From Candidatus Poribacteria bacterium (lineage in GTDB: Bacteria; Poribacteria; WGA-4E; WGA-3G): 64,000 nucleotides of DNA. Every line of letters starts with the position of its first letter. Position 1 is the first letter of the stretch. Location of the stretch: positions 3,200,001 to 3,264,000 of the forward strand of contig OZ251518.1 of NCBI GenBank assembly GCA_965242965.1, in the 5' to 3' direction. A model generated the notes under the pieces. The model saw only the letters and a list, made by a program, of their open reading frames with translations. It had not been told where the DNA came from and did not search any database. Below, piece after piece: positions 55,555 to 64,000 of this stretch. The translations under genes were made by a program, and so were the position numbers.

Positions 55555-56460
55555 CGCGGGGGACAGGCCCCCGCGATCTTAATTGTCTGAAGCAGGATTT
55601 CCAAGATTTCCAAGATTTACAGGATTATCTCCTGCGCAACGAGCATGCTTTTTTTAATGGATGCCTCTTCAGGTCCTTTAGGTCCTGCATGTCTATAGAA
55701 AAACAGGGTTTCCGTAGTTTTCAAGGTCCGTTAGGACCTTAATGGAAATGGGAGCTAAGCAAGTCAAGGCACATTAAGGACCTAAAGGACCTTAGGTTCA
55801 TCGTGTCGCACGGTGCTATAGACATTAAGGTCTTACAGACTTAAAGTCCCGAGCGGAAACGCCACGGTTACCGTAGCGCGGGGGCCTCTCCCCCGCGAGT
55901 GTTCGATCCAAACGAAAAACGCCGCTTGGAACGTAGCGCGGGGGCCTGTCCCCCGCGATCTCTCCCAAAACGAAAAACGTCCGCAGCCCAGAGACCACGG
56001 ACGTTTGCTGTTAAGACCGGCGCATGGCGAGGGACAGGCCCTCGCCCTACGCGGGAAGGCGGGGTGTTTTAGGTGACGTAGCGCGGGGGCCTGTCCCCCG
56101 CGAACGTTCATTTGTCTGAATCAGGATTTGCAAGATTAGCAAGATCTACAGGATGAAAATCTCCGCGTTTCCAAGGCCCTGCTGTGCAGCGGCAAAACGC
56201 CACGGTTACCGTAGCGCGGGGGCCTGTCCCCCGCGATCCCTCAAACAAAACGAAAACCGTCCGCAGCCCGGAGGCCACGGACGGTTTCTGTGCCACCCTA
56301 GGCACAGCGAGGGACAGACCCGCGCCCTACGGTTCGAGCGGAGTGGCTTGATGCATCGCGAGGGACAAGCGTAGGATAGACCTCCCGGTCTCAATGCACA
56401 CCCTAGGGGCGGCTCAATGCATCGCGAGGGACAGCCCCGCGCCCTACAGGCATGGAGCGT
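55555..56460. repeat. Large mixed repeat cluster containing all three repeat families
   Basis: Class A REPs, CAGGATTT 9-mers and aaggacct units; 55870-56050 closely resembles 60987-61170. Confidence 0.8.
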
Positions 56461-56503
56461 AGTTAGTCCCGCGAAGTCCTCAAAACAGCGCGCAACTCAG
56501 AAC

Positions 56504-56938
56504 TCATTTAAACTTCACAGTGAAAGCGACCATGCTCTCCTTCTGGACTCCCATCTGGACATCAAGAACCTCTCCTGATATCCCTCTGAAGCCAAGCCCA
56601 ACAAAAGTGGATTTGGGAAGGCTAACCGTGAGCTCCTGAACCCCTAATTCCTTTGCCTGTTCAATAATTTCGAGAATGTTCTCGGTGTCGGTAGGTTTAG
56701 GTTTGGTAAGTTGCCGTAAACCCTTGCCAACCAAAGACTGTCCTTTCCCTGCCAAAAATCTGAAGGGAGAACTGACTAGGGACACACCGACGGGTAATAC
56801 GGATACTGAAGCCATCGCTAATTTCACTAAAGCCCTTCTAGGCTTCTTAGTGGCATCAGGACTTTCTTCATCTGCCTGAACGGTTGACTCATAGTCAACT
56901 TTGGCGATGCCGTCTTTATCAACTTGAATTATAGACAT
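56504..56938 (-). CDS. Hypothetical protein, lower GC than neighbours
   Basis: SD AAGGAG before MSIIQVDK; 144 aa. Confidence 0.6.
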   Translation of the reverse strand: MSIIQVDKDGIAKVDYESTVQADEESPDATKKPRRALVKLAMASVSVLPVGVSLVSSPFRFLAGKGQSLVGKGLRQLTKPKPTDTENILEIIEQAKELGVQELTVSLPKSTFVGLGFRGISGEVLDVQMGVQKESMVAFTVKFK

Positions 56939-57003
56939 TTCATGCTCCTTTTTCAGAGGATGGAAGATGGACGGATGCAAAAATCCGCCCATATCCAAAT
57001 GGC

Positions 57004-58827
57004 TCACTTTCGTATCACCATCTTCCGCGTCGCTGAAAAATCACCCGCCGTGAGCGTGTAGAAATACACGCCACTTGCAACAGGCTCATTCAACGCATTC
57101 CGGCCATCCCAATACGCCGCACGGCCCTTCGTTTGGTAAATGCCGGCAGGCCGCTGCCCTAACTCCAGCGTGCGAACCAACTTCCCATCCGAGGCATGGA
57201 TGGAGACTTGAATTTCCGCTGCTTCCGCCAATTCATAAGGGATCCACGTCTCCGGATTAAACGGATTTGGATAGTTGGCAAGCAGTACCGTCGCTTCCGG
57301 CTTCAAACTTGCAAGCAGTTGCTCCAGCACGACAAGCCCGCGCTGATACGCTGGTGTGGTGAGTGCCAACGCCTGCGCCTGTGCTACCCAACCCGCAACA
57401 TCTGCCGCCACGAGCACCTCGCGTCCCCCCGCCTGAACAGCAGGTGCACCGGCACCACCGAAGGCCCCTGCAACTAGCACCAAATCCTGAATGTTAACAA
57501 CACCATCGCCGTTCACATCCGCGACGTGCTCACCCGTTTTCCCGAACTGACCGGCAATCAGCACCAAATCCTGAATGTTGACAACACCATCCCCATTCAC
57601 ATCCGCGACGTTGTCAAATTCCACCTCTATCCCCTTCGCCTGCAACGCGGGAATATGCGTGTAGAGAGAGGCATAACTGAGCGGGCAGCCCTTAAGGCGC
57701 AGCCCAATGCTGTCCCAAATTATTCCGGGCAGACTCAACCCTAGCAAAGGCGACACATCCGAGACATCGGTGTCGTTGAGCCACAGCCGCGTCAAGTTTG
57801 TGAGACTTGCCAGCGGCGAGATATCCGAGACAGCGGTGCCGCCGAGACCCAGCCACCCCAAGTTTGTGAGTCCTGCCAGCGCCGAGATATCCGAGACGGC
57901 GGTGCCGTCGAGATACAGCCTCTCCAAGTTTGTGAGGTTTTCCAGCACCCCGATATCCGAAACGGCGGTGCCGCTGAGAGTCAGCCCCTTCAAGTTTGTG
58001 AGGTTTTCCAGCACCCCGATATCCGAAACGGCGGTGTCGCCGAGACCCAGCCCCTCCAAGTTTGTGAGGTTTTCCAGCACCCCGATATCCGAAACGGCGG
58101 TGTTGCCGAGACCCAGCGCCACCAAGTTTGTGAGGTTTTCCAGCACCCCGATATCCGAGACATCGGTTCTGCTGAGCCACAGCCCCTCCAAGTTTGTGAG
58201 GTTTTCCAGTGCCCCGATATCCGAAACGGCGGTGTCGCTGAGATCCAGCGTCTCCAAGTTTGTGAGGTTTTCCAGCACCCCGATATCCGAAACGGCGGTG
58301 TCGTAGAGCCACAGCCCCTCCAAGTTTGTGAGGCTTGCCAGCGGCGACACATCCGAGACGGCGGTGCCGGCGAGACCCAACTCCGTCAAGTTTGTGAGAC
58401 TTGCCAGCGGCGACACATCCGAGACGGTGGCGTAGATGAGAACCAGGTACTCCAAGTTTGTGAGGCTTGCCAGCGGCGACACATCCGAGACGGCGGTGCC
58501 GGCGAGACCCAACTCCGTCAAGTTTGTGAGACTTGCCAGCGGCGACACATCCGAGACGGCGGTGCCGGTGAGATCCAGGTCCGTCAAGTTAACTGCATGC
58601 TCCAGCCCGGTGAGATCTGCTATCTCCGTGTAAGTTGCCTTAAGCTTCGTTAACTTGCGCATCGCATCCACCGTGAGTGCTGCACCTGCCGGCAGTTCAA
58701 GGCGTGCGCGGATGGCCGCTGCTAACTCGGCATCCGGAATAGAAACCTCTGCTTGCACGGGCGGCGCGGTTAACTGCGCCAAGGCAGTTAACACCAGGGT
58801 CAAAGTTAAAAGCGTTAATCTTTTCAT
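57004..58827 (-). CDS. Secreted internalin-like LRR protein with dockerin-like repeats and C-terminal FlgD-Ig/T9SS-like domain
   Basis: Signal peptide; IPDAELAAAIR cap; about 13 22-aa LRRs; 2x ADVNGDGVVNIQDLVL; ANYPNPFNPETWIPY...YWDGRN...SGVYFY...TRKMVIRK. Confidence 0.93.
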   Translation of the reverse strand: MKRLTLLTLTLVLTALAQLTAPPVQAEVSIPDAELAAAIRARLELPAGAALTVDAMRKLTKLKATYTEIADLTGLEHAVNLTDLDLTGTAVSDVSPLASLTNLTELGLAGTAVSDVSPLASLTNLEYLVLIYATVSDVSPLASLTNLTELGLAGTAVSDVSPLASLTNLEGLWLYDTAVSDIGVLENLTNLETLDLSDTAVSDIGALENLTNLEGLWLSRTDVSDIGVLENLTNLVALGLGNTAVSDIGVLENLTNLEGLGLGDTAVSDIGVLENLTNLKGLTLSGTAVSDIGVLENLTNLERLYLDGTAVSDISALAGLTNLGWLGLGGTAVSDISPLASLTNLTRLWLNDTDVSDVSPLLGLSLPGIIWDSIGLRLKGCPLSYASLYTHIPALQAKGIEVEFDNVADVNGDGVVNIQDLVLIAGQFGKTGEHVADVNGDGVVNIQDLVLVAGAFGGAGAPAVQAGGREVLVAADVAGWVAQAQALALTTPAYQRGLVVLEQLLASLKPEATVLLANYPNPFNPETWIPYELAEAAEIQVSIHASDGKLVRTLELGQRPAGIYQTKGRAAYWDGRNALNEPVASGVYFYTLTAGDFSATRKMVIRK

Positions 58828-59322
58828 TTCGATTTCTCCTTTTGTGTATCGGGACCGGGAGGTCCCTCCTACTGAAGAGGGTGGATATCAACATCCGCCC
58901 TCATTTGGATTTCAATGCACGGCGAGGGACAGGCCCTCGCCCTACGGTAACTCACCGGTATGCGCGGTTTGCAACTGCGCCTACGGAGGTTGTGTGCGAG
59001 CTCGTGTGCCCGCACATGTCTTGGCTGTCTGAATCAGGATTTACAGGATTATAGGATTTCCAAGATGAGGGAGTCTCTTGTCATCGTAGACCCTCTGTCG
59101 CGGTAGGAGCGATTTCCTCATCACGATTTCTACGAGACGCGTTTTGGCTAAGCGCGCTCCTAATCCTGTCATGCCTATAATCTTGTGAATCCTGATTCGG
59201 ACAATAAGTCCCTGATTCTAGACTCAGATGATGTTGGCCTGAGGCCGCGCGGCAAACAACATAGGATTGCCTGAGTTGCATAATCCTCGCCTATCCAGAA
59301 CATTTCGGAGACATTCAGTCTG

Positions 59323-60309
59323 TCACAGGATAGATCTAAGGATGCTCCGAACAGTTGACAACACGTCTTTTCCAACTTTCACCGCTTTGAATGCCCGCCG
59401 GAACGTTGAGGTGTCCATGCCGTTTCGTAAATCGTCTACTGCTTCGGCAATTTTCTTCATCCTATACTTTGCCATTGCTCGATTGAAGTAGGCACTGAGC
59501 TCCCTATACCCAGACTCATCAATCACTTTGTTATAAAGGTTGATTGCATCCCAGGTGTACCCCTCTTCAAGTTTCACATTTGCTAGCGAGATTAAGACAC
59601 AAGAATTTATTGGCCTTTCTCCAATCTGGGAAAGTCCAACTGTTTCCCACTCACGCCAGCTATTGAGATGATTTGCACGAGTGACCCAACCCAATGGAAT
59701 TTCCGGAATGAGAGGGACATCAACTACGCCTCGCAAAGAGACACCTATGACTTCACCGTACTCGTTTAGGACGGGGCCACCGCTGCTCCTACGCCGAACT
59801 GGGGCTTTCACAAAGAATTCCTGTGAGTCACAACCTGCCGTTCCGCGGATTTTGCCTTCCACAAGAGAACCTTCTTCACTGTCGCCCTTCCTGTTGACCG
59901 CAGCATAAACCCAAACCCTTTGTTGCGGCTCAATGGAATCGTTGTCGACTGGAGAAAGGAATGTGCCCCCAATATCGGTAACCTTAATATCGGTAACCCT
60001 TAAAACGGCTAAATCACGTTGCGGATTAATAGCAATGGCATTCTCAGCAAGGCTGAGCCCCGTTCCGGTTGCGAAATGCCGCGCCGCAATCCGGTGGGCT
60101 CCGTGGAGAACGTGATAGTTGGTAACAATCACGTTGTCTTCTATAAAGAAGCCGCTACGGAAACCGAGATTCGTTTTTATCAACACCGTAGAGTTTAACG
60201 CGGCGTTGCGTCTACTCTCGGATGGTAATGCATTTTCTACAGCCATTATGCACAACAGAAGAAGTGCCAGAACTGTGAAACGCAGGCATAATTTGTTCGC
60301 ATGTTTCAT
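59323..60309 (-). CDS. Trypsin-like serine peptidase domain plus TPR-like tail, lower GC
   Basis: Signal peptide; SGFFI, VTNYHV, DLAVL, SSGGPVLN..GEVIGV; AYFNRAMAKY. Confidence 0.8.
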   Translation of the reverse strand: MKHANKLCLRFTVLALLLLCIMAVENALPSESRRNAALNSTVLIKTNLGFRSGFFIEDNVIVTNYHVLHGAHRIAARHFATGTGLSLAENAIAINPQRDLAVLRVTDIKVTDIGGTFLSPVDNDSIEPQQRVWVYAAVNRKGDSEEGSLVEGKIRGTAGCDSQEFFVKAPVRRRSSGGPVLNEYGEVIGVSLRGVVDVPLIPEIPLGWVTRANHLNSWREWETVGLSQIGERPINSCVLISLANVKLEEGYTWDAINLYNKVIDESGYRELSAYFNRAMAKYRMKKIAEAVDDLRNGMDTSTFRRAFKAVKVGKDVLSTVRSILRSIL

Positions 60310-60984
60310 TTTTTGTGAATTCCTCGCTGTAGGTTAGGAGTACAGGCGGATATCGAAAGCCGCCCATACCTTGGATAGGAAAAACATGCATTGAGACAGA
60401 AATCCCAATGCAACGAAAATAACCCGCCACGCAAAGAATGCGTGCGGGATTGAAGATAACATGACGACGAAAGTCGCCGCTGTCAAGTGAATAAGATTTG
60501 CTTAACGCCTGTGGGTGTCGGGGGGGGGCGAGCCTCCCCTCTGGGCATTAAGCCGAACGGGAACTCGTGATGGCGCGACAACGGGCATAGACGCACGGCA
60601 AGCGCGCATCTTTCGGTGCCCAAGCAGGTCTACGGCGACCTCGGTAGCAATGGAAAAAACAATTCGCTGGTTCACGGGTATCGTTCCTCTGTTCGGTTTC
60701 AGTCTCGCGGTGGCGCGTTTTTTTCACGCGCATCACCACGTTTGCATTAATGATACACAAAAATGCAATAAATGTCAAACATTTTTTTTGCGAAAAATCG
60801 TGGAAATGTTCACAATTAACCACATTCTACATAAATTTCGGTTTTTTGTCAACGTTTTTCTGCGAAAAATCGTGAAAAAGGTCAAATTATCGCGGAAATT
60901 CGTCAAAAATGTTTAAAACTGAGTTTATTTTAGCAAATGTCGCATTTTTTGTCAAGGTGATTTCGCGAAAAAAAACGCTGCTGC

Positions 60985-61862
60985 CACCGTAGCGCGGGGG
61001 CCTGTCCCCCGCGAACGTTCGATCCAAACGAAAAACGTCGCTTGGAACGTAGCGCGGGGGCCTGTCCCCCGCGATCTACCGACCGAAACGAAAAACGTCC
61101 ACAGCCCAGAGACTACGAACGGTTTCTGTGACAATCTAGGCACGGCGAGGGACAGGCCCTCGCCCTACGGTGAAAGGAGAATTTTGGCACGGCGAGGGGA
61201 ACCCGCTCGCATGCGCGTGTGGCATGCGAGGGCCCTCGCCCTACGGTTCGGCGGCGTGGTTCGGATAGCCACGAAATAAAAAGTATATTAAGGTCCTACA
61301 GACCTTGGCCCTCTTCGCGTCGCCGCGCGCTATAGACATTAAGGTCTTACAGACCTAAAGAGACGTTTCGGCGCGATAAAAACCCCTAATCCTGCTAATC
61401 TTGGAAATCTTGCAAATCCGGAGCAGGATTCTCACGGTCACGCCTGTCAAGACAATCAGGTTTCCCTGATCGTCCCTCTTATCACGATTTTCACGATTAG
61501 AGGTTCTGATGCACCAACACCCCGTGGCCTGCCACAACTGCGCCGGCGTACCAGAGTTCTAATCCTGTGAAATCCTGGAAATCTTGGAAATCCTGCTCAA
61601 TCCTGCTAATCTTGAAAATCTTGGAAATCCTGTTCATATCTTGGAAATCCTGCTCCAGACAAATGAGATCGCGAGGGACAGGCCCTCGCGCTACGGTGGA
61701 AGGAACAATCGATGCATGGCGGGGGACAGGCCCTCGCGCTACGGTGAAAGGGGACGATTTTGGCACGGCGAGGGACAGGCCCTCGCGCTACAGGAACCCC
61801 CGAACGCATCGAGACCCGAGGTCTCTCCTACGGGTGTGCATCGAAATATGAAACATCCTCTA
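60985..61862. repeat. Large mixed repeat cluster ending in a MITE-like end (tatgaaacatcctc-tattaa)
   Basis: All three repeat families present. Confidence 0.8.
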
Positions 61863-61913
61863 TTAATTCACAATTTTTCCTTGACATCAACAACAATCAA
61901 TGGTAAAATTAAC

Positions 61914-61982
61914 GAAGGTGTTTCATATATCAATGCCTTCCAAGGGGGAATAAATACGGAAACGGAGTTATGAAACACCCTA
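61914..61982. mobile_element. 69-bp minimal MITE (two ends, no REP cargo) in a 5' UTR
   Basis: gaaggtgtttcata...tatgaaacacccta with TTAA on both flanks; lies between promoter TTGACA(61881)-17-TAAAAT and the RBS. Confidence 0.65.
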
Positions 61983-62011
61983 AGTTAACTAATCATGAGG
62001 AGGTGGAAGCG

Positions 62012-62971
62012 ATGAGAAATTACAAAAGCGTCCTCACGGCGGTGTTGGCTGCCTTCTGTGTGACACAAGCCTTCGCCGAGGCACCGCCGCTCTACAAAAC
62101 AATCCACGACGCGAAGGCGTTCATTGTCCAGCATCAAAACCGCGATGGCGGTTGGCCGCTCGTGCCGGAAGGCGAGAGCGATGTGGAAATTACGGGGCTT
62201 GCAATCTGGGCGTTGATTGACGCAGGGTGGGGCACCGGCTCGCAGGTGATCCGAAGGGGTGTCGCGTATCTGCGGCATGCGCAGTACGACAACGGCAGCT
62301 GGAATGATAACACGGCGCACACCATCTTCGCCGTTATCGCCTTGGCTGCGGCCGAAACGGATGCGGATGCCCGCTTCAAAGCACTCCGCTGGCTGCGAGC
62401 AGCACAAAACCCCGTTGGCAGCTGGGGAACAAAAGAGAGAACCCCCAGTAATATCCTCTATACCGCCGCTGTCATCGCGGGATTTAAAAGGCTCAATTTC
62501 AAATTCGAGCGCGAGTTCGATGCGGATGACCAGGACATACCGTGGCTCTCGAAAGGCTGTCACTGGTTGTCCCAACGTATTAACTTCGATGGCGGCTGGT
62601 CCCTCCAACGGAGCCCCCGTTCAGACGTTTTTGTGACGGCGTGGGTGTTGCAAGGCTTGGCACCAGTCTATGACATTGACGCGCAAATTGCATGGCTGAA
62701 GCAGATGCAGAACGAAGATGGCGGCTTCGGTAGATACAAGGGCCAGCCGAGCGACCCGGGGGTAACCGCCGCGGCGATTATGGCACTCGCCGCGGGGGCA
62801 GACCCGCTCAATACGCGGCGCGTCGCTATCAACTATTTAATATCGGCGCGGCAAGCAGACGGCAGTTACGTCAGCGATACGCCGATAGAGCTCAGCGAAC
62901 CGACAGTGAACTTGCAGTCTACCTGTTTTGTGCTCATCGCCATCCACGCGAAGAAGGACGAAGAGGAGTGA
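62012..62971 (+). CDS. Secreted prenyltransferase/squalene-oxidase-repeat protein
   Basis: SD AGGAGG; signal peptide; QNRDGGW, QYDNGSW, QNPVGSW, QNEDGGF, QADGSY repeats. Confidence 0.88.
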   Translation: MRNYKSVLTAVLAAFCVTQAFAEAPPLYKTIHDAKAFIVQHQNRDGGWPLVPEGESDVEITGLAIWALIDAGWGTGSQVIRRGVAYLRHAQYDNGSWNDNTAHTIFAVIALAAAETDADARFKALRWLRAAQNPVGSWGTKERTPSNILYTAAVIAGFKRLNFKFEREFDADDQDIPWLSKGCHWLSQRINFDGGWSLQRSPRSDVFVTAWVLQGLAPVYDIDAQIAWLKQMQNEDGGFGRYKGQPSDPGVTAAAIMALAAGADPLNTRRVAINYLISARQADGSYVSDTPIELSEPTVNLQSTCFVLIAIHAKKDEEE

Positions 62972-62989
62972 TGGCGAACGCTTCCGTAG

Positions 62990-63427
62990 AGGAGCAGGAT
63001 TTGCAAGATTTACAAGATTGGCAAGAGATAAGCAGGAATTTCAGGATTTACAAGATTAGGAGCAAGAGACTGTAGTTCGGGAGCGCCTGCTCCCGAACGG
63101 CCGCATGGCGAGGAGAACCCCTTCTTGGCCCGTAGCGCGGGGGCCTGTCCCCCGCGAGCGTTCATGTGCGCGATGGCACGGCGAGGGACAGGCCCTCGCC
63201 CTACGGTAAAGGGCGCGGCCTCGCCAACCGTAGCGCGGGGCCCTCGCATGCCACACGCGCATGCGAGCGGGTTTCCCCCGCGATCTCCAATCCGCGCGAA
63301 AACCGCAAGCCAACCAAGACCGAGGCACGGCGAGGGACAGGCCCTCGCCCTACGGTAAGCGGGACGTTTTTCATCGTAGCGCGGGGGCATGTCACCGCGA
63401 CGTTGAGCAAGTTATGAAATACCCTCA
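62990..63427. repeat. Mixed repeat cluster with a MITE-like end (ttatgaaataccctc)
   Basis: accgcgacgttgagcaagttatgaaataccctc matches the reverse complement of the 52166 left end. Confidence 0.8.
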
Positions 63428-63440
63428 TACAAATTACTAT

Positions 63441-64000
63441 TTACCTGCGCGGATCGGCGATAGTGGCACCCGGCATGATGTAGTGTATACCTTTGGTCAA
63501 CTGCGCGACTTGACGTTGGAAGTTGTCGCCGAGGGTTTTGCTGGACATGGAGCCAACGCCGCCGATGACGTAAACCCGCGCCCGCGCGCCACGGCACACC
63601 GCAATCGCTTTTCCCGCGGTATACCCTTTGTCTGTCCGCCGGCTCGTCGTCTCATCGGTGACGATGACTAGGATTAATTCGCGTTCCGCAGGTGTGCGGA
63701 GTTTCGGGACACCCTCCATGATGGCATCAAGCAGATGCTCATCTCCCGTTTTCGGGAGGCGAAAGAGCGATTTTACCTGCGCCGGTTCCAACCCCGGTCT
63801 GGTGACAACAACGGTGCTCTCACCGCCGCCGATACCGGCCCAAAATCGGATGAGCCCGAACCGGTAGTCAAGGCCAGCGGCGTTAAACACGGATACCATC
63901 CTGTCCACACCGTCGCACGCCGCGTCTACCTTCCGTTCCATGCTGAGGCTGTAATCAAAGACGAAGACAACGTCCACTTTGTCGGGACGATTTTCCACCA
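63441..64000 (-). CDS. vWA-domain protein (5' end outside the window)
   Basis: VDVVFVFDYSLSM, GDEHLLDA, LVIVTDE; similar to the vWA domains at 1-1869. Confidence 0.85.
   Translation of the reverse strand, partial: VENRPDKVDVVFVFDYSLSMERKVDAACDGVDRMVSVFNAAGLDYRFGLIRFWAGIGGGESTVVVTRPGLEPAQVKSLFRLPKTGDEHLLDAIMEGVPKLRTPAERELILVIVTDETTSRRTDKGYTAGKAIAVCRGARARVYVIGGVGSMSSKTLGDNFQRQVAQLTKGIHYIMPGATIADPRR

Noticed and set aside
60330-60720. Known riboswitch or tRNA in the hairpin-rich spacer (also 2400-2700)
   Set aside because: No recognisable consensus by eye. An Rfam search would be needed.
60952-61973. Small ORFs containing ARDRPSRY, RGTGPRAT or QDFQD peptides (here and in other spacers)
   Set aside because: They are translations of repeats with no independent coding evidence.
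62012-62971. Squalene-hopene or oxidosqualene cyclase
   Set aside because: Too short, has a signal peptide, and lacks a DXDD/DCTAE motif. Only QW-like repeats are present.

Overview
About 40 genes of bacterial chromosome, most likely Candidatus Poribacteria (inference). The evidence for that is a secreted protein ending in the VEPxGKLATxWxxIK motif, two CRTAC1/ASPIC-UnbV genes, two FGE-sulfatase genes, a PhyH gene, and ankyrin, WD40, TPR and LRR-dockerin-FlgD proteins. Housekeeping and metabolic genes include truA, an SHMT-like enzyme, two NCS2 permeases, a sulfite/nitrite reductase-TusA fusion and several oxidoreductases. Five things stand out. (1) An adjacent PorU-like C25 peptidase and PorV-like barrel pair, with candidate C-terminal-signal cargo, suggests a type IX secretion (T9SS)-like sorting module outside Bacteroidota. 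(2) A dense, multi-class family of GTAG-hairpin REP-like repeats fills the spacers, sits in frame inside at least six genes and supplies stop codons to three. (3) A MITE with 14-bp terminal inverted repeats (TIRs) and an 8-bp target-site duplication carries these REPs as cargo. (4) A defence island has a helicase-less type IIG/ISP-like restriction-modification gene bracketed by two MNT-HEPN fusions. (5) Three toxin-antitoxin-type gene pairs are fused in frame but keep an internal RBS and ATG. I saw no rRNA, tRNA, CRISPR array, transposase or reverse transcriptase. All product calls come from motifs recognised by eye, with no database searches.
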